From: Nitrososphaeria archaeon
Lineage (GTDB): Archaea > Thermoproteota > Nitrososphaeria > JACIWG01
Direction of reading: 5' to 3'
DNA: 64,000 bases
NCBI GenBank assembly: GCA_026413865.1
Contig: JAOAKB010000001.1
Span: 69,624 to 133,623 of the forward strand
In this document: one piece after another, positions 39,967-49,187 of the stretch
Layout: each line of letters begins with the position of its first letter
How positions within the stretch are numbered: the stretch's first letter is position 1
The notes under the pieces: model-generated
The model's database searches: none
Told to the model about the DNA's origin: nothing
What the model saw: only the letters and a program-made list of their open reading frames with translations
Translations under genes and position numbers: made by a program

Positions 39967-42900
39967 TCAAATCTTATCCTTCAAAATCAGGCGAGGAAGT
40001 ATGTTCAAGCTCATCATTTCCTGCACAAGCAACTTGAAAGCATACGCCATAGAAACAGTCGCTATCTTTGCGTTAGTGCCACAAACTCTACAAGTATACT
40101 TTCTAGTTCTAGCATCAAAATATGCTATTAGGCCACAGTTTTCACATACATAAACATCAGTCTTATCAGATTCATCTAATAATCTATCCTTTAGAACCAT
40201 AGACGTTCCGTAGGCGATTAGACAGTCACGCTCCATTTCACCAAACCTTAAACCGCCACCCCTTGAACGGCCTTCAGTAGGCTGTTTAGTCAACATCTGA
40301 ACCTGTCCTCTAGCCCTAGCGTGAATCTTGTCAGCAACCATATGGTGCAGCTTCTGATAGTATACTACACCTATGAATATGTCAGCAACATATCTTTCAC
40401 CAGTTTTACCATCATACATTACCTCCTTACCAGTCTTAACAAAACCGAATTCTTCAAGCTGCCTTTCAAGTGAATCCACTGTTTCTCCAGAGAATGTTGT
40501 TCCATCAACAGGCTTACCTCTAATAGAACCAACTTTACCTGCAATCGATTCAATAAACTGCCCAACAGTCATTCTTGATGGGAAAGCATGTGGGTTTATT
40601 ATTAGGTCTGGAACTATTCCATCTTCAGTGTATGGTAAATCTTCTGGGTTAGCGAGTAAGCCAACTACACCTTTCTGACCATGCCTTGAAGCAAACTTGT
40701 CACCTAATTCAGGTATACGAAGGTCTCTAACCTTAACCTTATACATTTTACCTCCTTCAACATTAACTGACATTATAACAGAATCAACTACACCAGTTTC
40801 CGATGGACGGACTGCTACAGAAGTATCACGCATATATGGGCCTCCAGCTTCAATTTCACGATATTCTTCAGTAAACCTTGGAGGACTCAACTTTCCAATC
40901 AAAACATCCCCACCTGAAACATTAGCTTCTGGAAAGATTACACCATCAGGTTCAAGAAGCCTATAAAACTTGTCACCTCTATATCCTTTAACATTAGAGT
41001 CTGCGTTAGGTATCTCAAACTTGTCCTTCATTCCACCAAGATAAAGTTGTGCTTCGGCCTCATAAAGTCTGAAGAAGAAGGTTCTACCAAACCCCCTTTC
41101 TACAGAAGCCCTATTCAATACAATAGCATCCTCAATATTATAGCAGTCGTAAGAGAGAACAGCTACAACAGCGTTTTGGCCAATGGGCCTCTTATCCAGA
41201 TTAAGCATTTCAAAGGAGCCTGTAGTGACCATCGGAGTTTGAGGATATAGGAGAAGATGGGACCTAACGTTCATTAGATGCTTGTAAACTGGTGTTGGAA
41301 AACCTAGAGCCTGCTTAGCCATAGCACTCTCGTACGTGTTTCTTGGAGACTGATTGTGTTCTGCATAAGGTATTATTGAGGCTACAGCACCAAGCATTCC
41401 GCTCATGGAAATTTCTAGATGAGTATGTTCAAGTGTAAGCTCATAGATGTTTGCCGCAATATAACAGTTTTCTTCCTCGTTAGCGTCAATAAGCTCAAGC
41501 TCACCCTTCTTTAAGAGCTCCCTCCAAGACATCTTACCCTTTATTACAAGATCCATATCCTCTTTTTTCAGCTGTGGAACACCATCCTTTACTATAATCA
41601 AAGGCCTAAGAACCCTTCCAGAATAAGTGTTAATGTATATTCTTGTTTCAGCATTCGGGTTAGGTGGAACCTTTAGATAAATGCTCACGTCACTAGGAAT
41701 AAGCCCAGTTCTTCTCATATTTCTAAACTCTTTGCAGAAACCTTCTGGGTCTATAACATAGCCTACAACACCACCATCCAAGAACACTCTGGCACCATTC
41801 AACTTAACCTCTTTCGGAGCATCCTTGTAAGGTATTAATCCAATCTGTGTGATAATGTTCATTATTTCTTTGGGGTCTGCGGCTACAGAAATTATTGCCG
41901 AAAGTGCAAGATTCTTAACAAGGCCACAGTTTGAACCTTCAGGAGTCTCACATGGACAAACTCTTCCAAAATGTGTTGGATGAAGGTCTCTTGCCTCAAA
42001 GTTAGGTTGGCTTCTCGAAAGTGGAGACTGAATTCGCCTAAGATGGCTTATTGTAGAAAGATAGTTTGTTCTATCCAAAAGCTGTGTTATACCAACTTTA
42101 CCCCTACCCCAATTTCCAGTAGCAATAGCATTTCTCAGCTTATCAGTTATAATTCCAGGCCTTATAGCCACATTTACTACGCCAATACCACGCTTTTGGC
42201 CAGAATGTTCAAGCTGATACTTCATATCCTTAACAAGATTCCTAAAACATGTTCTGAAAAGGTCTGCAAGAAGCTGTCCAGCTAACCTTATAACCTTATT
42301 TCCATAATGGTCTTTATCGTCAGCAGGAATCCATCCAAGCTTATATTCTAGAAGTTTGCATACAGCTTCACCAATAAATAGGGCCTTACTTAGTCTATCT
42401 TCAGGATCTTTTCCCAAATGAGGTAAAAGACCCCAGTCCAGAACATTTTCAGCACGCTTAACACGATATTCTTCTTGAAGACCATGGGCAACCCTATTTC
42501 CGATATAGACTAGTGCATCATTTACAGTAACCACTTCAGCACATTTATCAAAAGTTGGCCCAAGAAGATCCTGTATTTCAGGCTTAAGTGAGACAGCTTC
42601 AACTATTTCTCTATCAGATTCAAGCCCAAGAGCCCGCATCAACACTACAACAGGAATGTCAGTAGGAAGATTCGAGAAACGCGCGTATATTACACCATCC
42701 TGGTGCATTGAAATTTCAAGTTTAGAACGATAACCTATTACAGACGAGTATACTGTTACAGTATAAAATGTTGAACCACCCTGCTTTTTAACTTCAACAA
42801 GCATTTTATTTGGTGCTAGATCCTCTAACCCTACAATAACACGTTCAGAACCATTTATTATAAAGTACCCTCCTGGATCAAGATAATCTTCACCTTCTTC

Positions 42901-43320
42901 AATAAGTTCATCAATCGACTTTTTAGACAAATAGCATAAATCTGACTTAACCATTACCGGAAGGTCACCAATATACAAATATTGTGAATCTGTTACGATA
43001 CCATTTTGGACAATCTTCATCTCCAATTCTATTGGAGCAGAATATGTTAGATTCCTCATCCTAGCCTCCATAGGCGTTACCAGAGTTTTCGAAGCATCAT
43101 GCTCTGTAACACGAGGCAAGCCTACACGTATATTACCAAATTCTACAGTATAAGGGTTCGTTAACGTTTCAACATCAATCTTTCCAACTTCGTCAACAAT
43201 AGCCTGTAAACCATATTTTATAAACTCATTATATGAGTTAATATGCTGTCTCGCAATACCCTCTTCTTCAATTATAGCCTTAAGCAGAGGCCAAAAATCT
43301 GAAGCCTTCCTTTCAACCAA
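39967..43320 (-). CDS. rpoB: DNA-directed RNA polymerase subunit B (unsplit)
   Basis: Single 1117-aa ORF. GDKFASRHGQKGV, EMERDCLIAYG and the C-terminal Zn ribbon CENCGLIAY...CRVCG. Confidence 0.96.
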   Translation of the reverse strand: MVERKASDFWPLLKAIIEEEGIARQHINSYNEFIKYGLQAIVDEVGKIDVETLTNPYTVEFGNIRVGLPRVTEHDASKTLVTPMEARMRNLTYSAPIELEMKIVQNGIVTDSQYLYIGDLPVMVKSDLCYLSKKSIDELIEEGEDYLDPGGYFIINGSERVIVGLEDLAPNKMLVEVKKQGGSTFYTVTVYSSVIGYRSKLEISMHQDGVIYARFSNLPTDIPVVVLMRALGLESDREIVEAVSLKPEIQDLLGPTFDKCAEVVTVNDALVYIGNRVAHGLQEEYRVKRAENVLDWGLLPHLGKDPEDRLSKALFIGEAVCKLLEYKLGWIPADDKDHYGNKVIRLAGQLLADLFRTCFRNLVKDMKYQLEHSGQKRGIGVVNVAIRPGIITDKLRNAIATGNWGRGKVGITQLLDRTNYLSTISHLRRIQSPLSRSQPNFEARDLHPTHFGRVCPCETPEGSNCGLVKNLALSAIISVAADPKEIMNIITQIGLIPYKDAPKEVKLNGARVFLDGGVVGYVIDPEGFCKEFRNMRRTGLIPSDVSIYLKVPPNPNAETRIYINTYSGRVLRPLIIVKDGVPQLKKEDMDLVIKGKMSWRELLKKGELELIDANEEENCYIAANIYELTLEHTHLEISMSGMLGAVASIIPYAEHNQSPRNTYESAMAKQALGFPTPVYKHLMNVRSHLLLYPQTPMVTTGSFEMLNLDKRPIGQNAVVAVLSYDCYNIEDAIVLNRASVERGFGRTFFFRLYEAEAQLYLGGMKDKFEIPNADSNVKGYRGDKFYRLLEPDGVIFPEANVSGGDVLIGKLSPPRFTEEYREIEAGGPYMRDTSVAVRPSETGVVDSVIMSVNVEGGKMYKVKVRDLRIPELGDKFASRHGQKGVVGLLANPEDLPYTEDGIVPDLIINPHAFPSRMTVGQFIESIAGKVGSIRGKPVDGTTFSGETVDSLERQLEEFGFVKTGKEVMYDGKTGERYVADIFIGVVYYQKLHHMVADKIHARARGQVQMLTKQPTEGRSRGGGLRFGEMERDCLIAYGTSMVLKDRLLDESDKTDVYVCENCGLIAYFDARTRKYTCRVCGTNAKIATVSMAYAFKLLVQEMMSLNILPRLILKDKI

Positions 43321-43326
43321 CCCAGT

Positions 43327-43584
43327 TCACCCTTCAATTACATACCTGTAATAGTATGCTATACCAGAAACATCACTTTTTCTAGTAATCTTAATTATAT
43401 CACCAGGCTTAGCACCCAACTCCTTAACTACAGGATCAGAAGACAAAATGTATGGAAGCTGATGTGGCTTAACACGATATGTTTCTAAAATGTTTTTTGC
43501 TTCTTCTGAAGAAAGAACCTCATGTTTTGGAACAAGAATATGATTCATTATAGAAAATTCTTTCTGTGGAGTCTTCTTATCCAT
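43327..43584 (-). CDS. rpoH: DNA-directed RNA polymerase subunit H (Rpo5)
   Basis: [22 protein letters not shown]...[24 protein letters not shown]; the first gene of the rpoH-B-A cluster. Confidence 0.9.
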   Translation of the reverse strand: MDKKTPQKEFSIMNHILVPKHEVLSSEEAKNILETYRVKPHQLPYILSSDPVVKELGAKPGDIIKITRKSDVSGIAYYYRYVIEG

Positions 43585-43735
43585 AGAAAACCACCTCTAT
43601 AACAGTTATTTGACAAAAAACTGTCATAATAAACGCCTAAAAAACCCTAAAATGACGGTTATTTAAACATTACCATAACCATTTCATTTAATACAAAATT
43701 ATAAAATAGAGTTTTGTAATATATTGTGGAATATG

Positions 43736-44527
43736 TTAGAAAAGTTTAACAGCACCAGAACTTTCAACACCTCTAGTATTAAGATGCGATAAAGTTGAAA
43801 GCCGATAGTCTCTAACAAGCATAGTAAGTTCACCAAATTCTCTGGGATCCATTCTGTCACCCAAAAGAAGATATTTACAGGAAAGTTTTATCATATCAAA
43901 CCTTCCAACCCTAAGATTTTCCCTCATATCAGCCTCATACTTGTCAAGAAATGAAAGAAGACGGTCAAAGTTTATTGAAATGCTCTTGTCACCAAAATCA
44001 ATTCTTTTCCAAAGCCTATTCAGTCTAGGCCTACTAACACTTGCACCATATGGAAACTGGTGTATTATATTCTGCGAAAGACGACCATTGTCAGGGTCAG
44101 CACAATCCTTTCTCAAATCTATGCCAGCACTTTCAAATGCTTCAATAAAGGCTCTCCAGTCATCGAGCTCTACTGGAATACTTTCCCCAGAATCGTCAGA
44201 ATAGTACCATGGAAAAACATCACTACCAAAAGCCCATTCATAAATGTATCCCTCCGATGTAGAACCTAGAGGGCGAGTAACATGCGCATAATGGTAGAAG
44301 CCTTTCTTGAAAAAATAGTCTTCAAGCTTCTTGATTATAGCATGCTTAAGAAAAAGTCTATGACCAACATTAGGTGAAGAAGAAAATTCTCTTCTAAAGG
44401 CAACAGGTATTGCCTGGTAAGTGTGTATGGTGCCACCAATACCGGGAAAAACTCGTCTTAACTGAACGTCAATTTCTGCCTCACTACCAAAACCACCTTT
44501 ACAAATGAATTCAACATCCAATGACAT
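43736..44527 (-). CDS. Hypothetical protein with atypical protein-kinase-like motifs
   Basis: G-loop-like KGGFGSEA, hinge-like GYIYEWAFG, DNGRLSQNIIH (an HxD...N-like catalytic loop lacking the canonical His-x-Asp) and IDFGD (DFG-like). The order is consistent with a RIO/Kdo-like kinase fold, but this is weak. Confidence 0.35.
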   Translation of the reverse strand: MSLDVEFICKGGFGSEAEIDVQLRRVFPGIGGTIHTYQAIPVAFRREFSSSPNVGHRLFLKHAIIKKLEDYFFKKGFYHYAHVTRPLGSTSEGYIYEWAFGSDVFPWYYSDDSGESIPVELDDWRAFIEAFESAGIDLRKDCADPDNGRLSQNIIHQFPYGASVSRPRLNRLWKRIDFGDKSISINFDRLLSFLDKYEADMRENLRVGRFDMIKLSCKYLLLGDRMDPREFGELTMLVRDYRLSTLSHLNTRGVESSGAVKLF

Positions 44528-44714
44528 CTGTTATCACTGTAAGCATAATAATGGGAATGCTTTTAAGACTTATTGTTATAATCAAACTTTTAAACACACA
44601 CTTTATATAAAAAAATTTATATTATAAAAAATTATACTTTTTATAAGAGTTTTTAATATAAATTAAGCTTTAACAATAAATTTAAATACATGGACTGAAT
44701 AAAAATTTGATACG

Positions 44715-45514
44715 GTGGGTGGATTGCCCACTGACAAGGAGTTTAGAGGAGTAGAAGATATACCTGAACCTTTTAAAGTTACAAGATTCAAAGATGCCAT
44801 AGGATTCCTTATAGGTCCAGCAATAATTTCCGTTTCAGTCGGAATAGGAACGGGGGAGGTTATTTCTGGACCACTGGCAATATTATCTTATGGGCCAACA
44901 ATCCTATGGTTTGCACTAATATCAATATTCTTCCAAACAGTTAGTGCCATTGCAGGAACAAGATACACAATGGCAACAGGAGAACCTCTGATAAATGGTA
45001 TTTCAAGACTTTGGCTTGGAAAAAAGTTTGGGCCATAATCTGGACAGTTTCAGACTTTGTTAGATTAATGTGGCCATACTATATGGTATTAACAGGCACA
45101 AAATTTGCATACATAACACTCGGTAGGCCTCCAGAGGCGCCTGAACAATACCTTGTTGGTGTATTAGGTGTTGTCGGTCTGTTCATAGGAATATTACCAT
45201 TACTGTTTGGTGAAAAGATACAGAAGACACTAGGATGGCTTTCATGGTGGGATGTGGTTATTGAGGTTGGCATAATCGTTATACTCACACTTTTAGTAGT
45301 GCCAGCAAATGTTCTGTTTGAAGTTTTTGTGGGATTCTTTTCTTTTGGATCATTACCGTCTGGTGTAAATTTTGTACTGCTTCCAAAAGCGTATAAGATG
45401 AAATGGTGAGAGATACTTGTTATTATTGTGGGACTGGTTTTCTACTCGATAATATTTGTTGCCTTTGTACTTCTTTGGAATAAGGATATAACCACATCCT
45501 CTCCCCTTTTTTAG
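44715..45514 (+). pseudogene. Decayed Nramp-superfamily-like transporter gene, a paralogue of 60337-61773
   Basis: The reading frame shifts -1 in the A6 run at 45020-45025. An in-frame TGA lies at 45407-45409 and is followed by 34 more hydrophobic codons. Total length is only about half that of the intact 478-aa paralogue. Both fragments align with the paralogue (GEPLINGISRLWLGKK|VWAIIWTVSDFVRLMWPYY versus GETIMQGFHKLKPRKFWTWFTAIFVFIQQAWPAW). Confidence 0.7.
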
Positions 45515-45584
45515 TTACTTAACCGGTTTTTATGAAATAAGAGTAGATTCTATAGCAAGTAACCTAGGAAAAGAATTTTTGATG

Positions 45585-45658
45585 CGGGCCTGCCGGGATT
45601 CGGACCCGGGACCCTCGGGTTAAAAGCCCGATACTCTACCTGGCTGAGCTACAGGCCC
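45585..45658 (-). tRNA. tRNA-Lys (anticodon UUU)
   Basis: The reverse complement folds by hand into a cloverleaf: acceptor GGGCCTG/CAGGCCC, D arm GCTC-AGCCAGGTA-GAGT, anticodon arm TCGGG-CTTTTAA-CCCGA, variable loop GGGTC, T arm CCGGG-TCCGAAT-CCCGG, discriminator G. No intron and no encoded CCA. It is a GC-rich island in AT-rich DNA. A TATA-like ataattatagg lies about 30 nt upstream. Confidence 0.92.
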
Positions 45659-45690
45659 GTTTCTCGCTTTGGGCTATATTTTGCCTATAA

Positions 45691-45879
45691 TTATTCTTTT
45701 TTCTCTTTTTTGTTGTATATAAAAATTTTTAGGTAGTTTAGTATTGTTATTGAGGTTAGTATGAATGTGATGAGTGCTGCTGTTGTATTGTTTATTTTTT
45801 CGTATATTATTAGGAGTATTGTTGCTGCAAGTAGGCCTATATAGAGAGCCATTGTCTCGTGTAGATTTTGTATTATCAT
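45691..45879 (-). CDS. Small two-TM membrane protein, last gene of the minus-strand pilin-like trio
   Basis: 62 aa with two hydrophobic helices and a basic tail (KKEKKE). Its start overlaps the upstream gene's stop by 4 nt. Confidence 0.4.
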   Translation of the reverse strand: MIIQNLHETMALYIGLLAATILLIIYEKINNTTAALITFILTSITILNYLKIFIYNKKEKKE

Positions 45880-46280
45880 GGTCCCTTTGTATAGTATGCT
45901 ATGATTTTGTTATCCGATTTCAGGTATATGGTTTTTTGCACGTCTATTGGTTTTTTTATTTCGAGTATGGCTATTGAGTTTGGTGGTATAGTGTTTTCTT
46001 TACATATACTCATGTTCGCGTATTTTAGAGAAAATGGTGCGCTAGTGTTTCCTAGTACAGTTTCTGTTATTTTTATTGGTACGGGGTTTGGGTTGTAGAG
46101 TATAAGTTGAGATAATGAACCATTCACTGTTTGCAATATTTCAAGCTTGTATACTGTTTCTGGAGAAAATGTTATGCTGCCAAACGTTTGTGTGTAAGTT
46201 GAATATAGTATTGTTGATGTTATGATCGTTAATGTTAATATTATTAGTGGAGTTGTTGCAGACGATAATGCTTTAGCCAA
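45876..46280 (-). CDS. Pilin-like protein with a class III (prepilin-type) signal peptide
   Basis: N-terminus MAKA|LSSATTPLIILTLTIITSTILY is a short basic leader, a small residue, then a ~20-aa hydrophobic helix. The C-terminal part is beta-rich. Confidence 0.5.
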   Translation of the reverse strand: MAKALSSATTPLIILTLTIITSTILYSTYTQTFGSITFSPETVYKLEILQTVNGSLSQLILYNPNPVPIKITETVLGNTSAPFSLKYANMSICKENTIPPNSIAILEIKKPIDVQKTIYLKSDNKIIAYYTKGP

Positions 46281-46628
46281 CTATATCACCCTAAAATTTT
46301 CTCCAGACACACATACTAGAGTTAGATGATAAAGTTGTGATAAATTTGCTGGCAAAAATATTTCAGTAGCTTCATACGGTTTTAGGCATAGGATTTCAGA
46401 CAAAGAATATTCTCTATTGTTTACAATAAGTTTTGAAACATAATATTCCATTGGACTATTGTTCTTCAAAAATATTATGGTACATTTATCAGAATTAAAG
46501 TAGCCTAATAATTCTATTCGAAGAAAATTTGGTCGAACTTCAAATACAGGCATGCTAATAGCTGTTAGCGGAGAAAGTATTAATGTCAAAGCAATCAGAC
46601 ATAATATTTCATCAAACACTGACTTCAA
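46281..46628 (-). CDS. Small secreted/pilin-like protein (N-terminal hydrophobic helix)
   Basis: TTG start. MKSVFDEILCLIALTLILSPLTA followed by a beta-rich domain. Abuts the next gene with no gap. Confidence 0.35.
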   Translation of the reverse strand: MKSVFDEILCLIALTLILSPLTAISMPVFEVRPNFLRIELLGYFNSDKCTIIFLKNNSPMEYYVSKLIVNNREYSLSEILCLKPYEATEIFLPANLSQLYHLTLVCVSGENFRVI

Positions 46629-46714
46629 ATTATATCACAAGATAAAATTATATTATGGAATAAAAGCGCCAACATAAGTTGGCTTAAAAAATTCTGTAAA
46701 CAAAGTTTTCTTGT
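46629..46714. promoter_or_regulatory. Divergent promoter region of the two pilin operons, with a 16-bp palindrome
   Basis: ttaaaaaa (46684-46691) lies about 27 nt upstream of ATG 46715. ataatataatttta (reverse complement of about 46643-46656) lies about 22 nt upstream of TTG 46628. Both spacings suggest leaderless transcripts. A perfect palindrome GCCAAC-ATAA-GTTGGC sits at 46668-46683, in the BRE position of the plus-strand promoter. Confidence 0.4.
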
Positions 46715-47143
46715 ATGCAAACAAAAAAATTGTTTAATAAAAGAAGAGGTTTAAGCAGGGTCCTCACAGAAATAATATTTCTAATGCTAGCAACAACTAC
46801 AGCATTAGGAGCCTACACAATATACAATGGCTACAGTTCAAGCGTGAGTGGAACAACAAAAATTGCAATAGAGCAAGTGGACATTATAGCATCACAAAAT
46901 AAGGCATATGCTACAATAAAAAATTTAGGCACAACAGTTATTCAAGCAATAAATATAACGGTATCAGGAGCAGAGCAAAAATTTTCTGATATCTCTATAG
47001 CACCTGGTGGAGTAAAAACTTTTGAATTAAACTTAGATAACATTGTTTCAGGCAAACAGTACACAGTTGTTGTAAAGGTTTTGGATACAGATAAAAAGTC
47101 AATATTGTACACAGCAACATATACAGTAACAGCTAAACCATAA
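46715..47143 (+). CDS. Type IV pilin-like protein (class III signal peptide + Ig-like domain), paralogue 1
   Basis: MQTKKLFNKRRG|LSRVLTEIIFLMLATTTALGAYTIY. The C-terminal beta-sandwich-like sequence is ATIKNLGTTVIQAINITVSG...YTVVVKV. Confidence 0.7.
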   Translation: MQTKKLFNKRRGLSRVLTEIIFLMLATTTALGAYTIYNGYSSSVSGTTKIAIEQVDIIASQNKAYATIKNLGTTVIQAINITVSGAEQKFSDISIAPGGVKTFELNLDNIVSGKQYTVVVKVLDTDKKSILYTATYTVTAKP

Positions 47144-47154
47144 AGGCGAATTAC

Positions 47155-47580
47155 ATGAAAAAGAGGAAAGCTCTTTCCAGAGTTCTGACAGAAATCATCT
47201 TCCTAATTTTAGGACTTACTACAGCAGTAGGAGCATATTCACTATATAATAGCTCTATTTTATCTACTAGTCAGGTTGCAAAGATTGTTTGCACAGACAC
47301 AATCATAGCTGCTGGATCACAGGAAGTGAATGTTATAGTAAAGAATATCGGGAATATTGCAGTAGAAGTTTCTGTTGAAGCAGTAAGTGAATATGGTAGA
47401 AGTGAAAATCTAAGCATAACAAAAGGAAATAGAATATTATTGGAGCCTGGAATGGAAAAAATGATTACCACGAAATGTTCGGGTTTAATTGCAGGGTTAA
47501 GGTACAACGTTTTCGTTACGGCAAGAGTCAATGACGAGATAGTTGGATATGTTATTGCTGAAAGTATAGCATTACCTTAA
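47155..47580 (+). CDS. Type IV pilin-like protein, paralogue 2
   Basis: MKKRKA|LSRVLTEIIFLILGLTTAVGAYSLY has a mature N-terminus nearly identical to the upstream paralogue. It is followed by VIVKNIGNIAVEVSVEA...YNVFVTA. Confidence 0.7.
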   Translation: MKKRKALSRVLTEIIFLILGLTTAVGAYSLYNSSILSTSQVAKIVCTDTIIAAGSQEVNVIVKNIGNIAVEVSVEAVSEYGRSENLSITKGNRILLEPGMEKMITTKCSGLIAGLRYNVFVTARVNDEIVGYVIAESIALP

Positions 47581-47636
47581 ACTGTGAGGGCCATACCAAA
47601 TTTTTTGCTTAAAAATATTTTTTTACAATTTTTCTT

Positions 47637-49187
47637 TTGATGAAAACAGGTAAAGGAATACTGACGGATATTTTTTGGAAAGAGCCTGAAGAAAAGTTTA
47701 GGGAAAGACTTTTTACTCAAGCGTTAGGTAATAGGATCAGGTTTCTAGATTTTTCTGATTTTAAAGGTAGGCTTGTTGACAGTTATGTTCTTGATTTAGG
47801 TGAAATGTATAAGCCTATAGTGTACATTTTTGATTGTGGCAATTTTGGATATTATTATGTTAGAGAGCCTAATATTGATGGCGAAGATAGAGAGTGTTTT
47901 ACTATTGTTCTTGGATACCTTTTATCTTCTACAAATTTTAATGAAAATTTTTATAGCATAAATTTTTTGGAGGACAAAATTTTTGATATTATAAAAGAGG
48001 TTGGACTAGATGTTAGCTCTAGTAAGGTTAAACTTTTTTCAGAAATCATTTTCCGTGAAGTTTCAGGCTATAGTGTATTAGAGCCGCTTATGGCAGACGA
48101 TAATATTACTGACATCTCATGCTCCGCCTTCAACCAGCCTGTGTTTGTTAAACATAGAGAGTATTCAGAATATAATTGGATGAATACAAACATAATGTTT
48201 TCTGAAGATGAACTTGACACTTTAGTTCAGAAGATTGCATCAAAACATGGCAAGGGAGTGAATATCCTTTCACCAGCTTCAGAGATTACTACACGCGAGG
48301 GACATAGAATAATGTTAACCTTCAAAAACGAGATAACATTACCCTCATCCACATTTTCAATAAGAAAGTTTCCTAAAAATCCATGGACTATAGCTAAGCT
48401 TATTTCATACAAGACTTTAAACGAGGATTTGGCAGCATACCTTTGGCAGGTTTTAGAAGATAGAAACTTTATTATTATAAGTGGTGCAATGGGATCAGGA
48501 AAGACAACACTTCTTTCAACACTTTTACAGCTTATAGATTTAAGGCAAAAGATTTTAACAATAGAAGATACTGCAGAAATTGCTTTAGGAAAAAGGATTA
48601 ATTGGCAAAGACTGGTTACTAGAAAAGGTTTACAGGCTGGAGTAAATGAAATCAACTTAATTGATTTAAGCCTGCTTTCTTTAAGAAGCTCATCAGACTA
48701 TGTTGCACTCGGTGAAGTTAGAGGGACAGAAATTCAAGCCCTTGTTCAAGCGGCTGGAACAGGGTTAGGCTGCATAACAACCTTTCATGCTGGAAGCTTT
48801 CAAGAACTTTTGAGTAGAATGAGGGGAAAACCACTTTCCGTAGAAGACTCCTTTCTACAGACTATAAAGTGTATTGTATTCTTATCTAATGTTAAAGCAT
48901 CTAGTGGAAAAATCTTAAAAAAAGTTACTTCAATAGAAGAGCCTTATTTTATAGAAGGCGGACTTTTTAAAAGTAATGTAGTATATGATTATAGTGCTGA
49001 TGGAGAAGAAATTAAGCTTGATAAAATAATTTCAAGAAGCAGGCTTATTAATAAAAAGGATGATTATACAGTTAGAGTGTTTAGAAAGAAAGAGTTTCTT
49101 GAAAGCATTTTGAATCATAGGGCATACACCTTCGAGCAGCTTCAGACACATCTTACAAGATTTTATGGTGATAACTTTGGAAACTAG
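47637..49187 (+). CDS. Type II/IV secretion-family assembly ATPase (FlaI/UpsE/VirB11-like)
   Basis: Walker A GAMGSGKTT (48483-48509), Asp box ILTIEDTAEI, Walker B DYVALGEVRGTE and His box TTFHAGS. The likely start is ATG 47640. Confidence 0.88.
   Translation: MMKTGKGILTDIFWKEPEEKFRERLFTQALGNRIRFLDFSDFKGRLVDSYVLDLGEMYKPIVYIFDCGNFGYYYVREPNIDGEDRECFTIVLGYLLSSTNFNENFYSINFLEDKIFDIIKEVGLDVSSSKVKLFSEIIFREVSGYSVLEPLMADDNITDISCSAFNQPVFVKHREYSEYNWMNTNIMFSEDELDTLVQKIASKHGKGVNILSPASEITTREGHRIMLTFKNEITLPSSTFSIRKFPKNPWTIAKLISYKTLNEDLAAYLWQVLEDRNFIIISGAMGSGKTTLLSTLLQLIDLRQKILTIEDTAEIALGKRINWQRLVTRKGLQAGVNEINLIDLSLLSLRSSSDYVALGEVRGTEIQALVQAAGTGLGCITTFHAGSFQELLSRMRGKPLSVEDSFLQTIKCIVFLSNVKASSGKILKKVTSIEEPYFIEGGLFKSNVVYDYSADGEEIKLDKIISRSRLINKKDDYTVRVFRKKEFLESILNHRAYTFEQLQTHLTRFYGDNFGN

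Noticed and set aside
37344-42285. Plus-strand ORFs within rpoA and rpoB (for example 37344-37634, 38842-39078, 39667-39879, 40373-40678, 40697-40966, 41971-42285).
   Set aside because: They are shadow ORFs opposite universally conserved RNAP genes.
36171-43320. Inteins or other insertions in the large conserved genes (rpoA, rpoB; also radA, ths, tuf, guaB).
   Set aside because: The protein lengths match intein-free homologues, and the conserved motifs are contiguous with no extra block containing intein-type splice-junction motifs.
43600-43640. A short inverted repeat ACAGTT-N11-AACTGT upstream of rpoH.
   Set aside because: A 6-bp stem in AT-rich DNA is expected by chance, and nothing supports it as an operator.
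45407-45409. An in-frame TGA followed by 34 hydrophobic codons; considered as possible selenocysteine or read-through recoding.
   Set aside because: I saw no SECIS-like context, the gene also carries a frameshift, and it lacks its C-terminal half. A nonsense mutation in a pseudogene is the simpler explanation.
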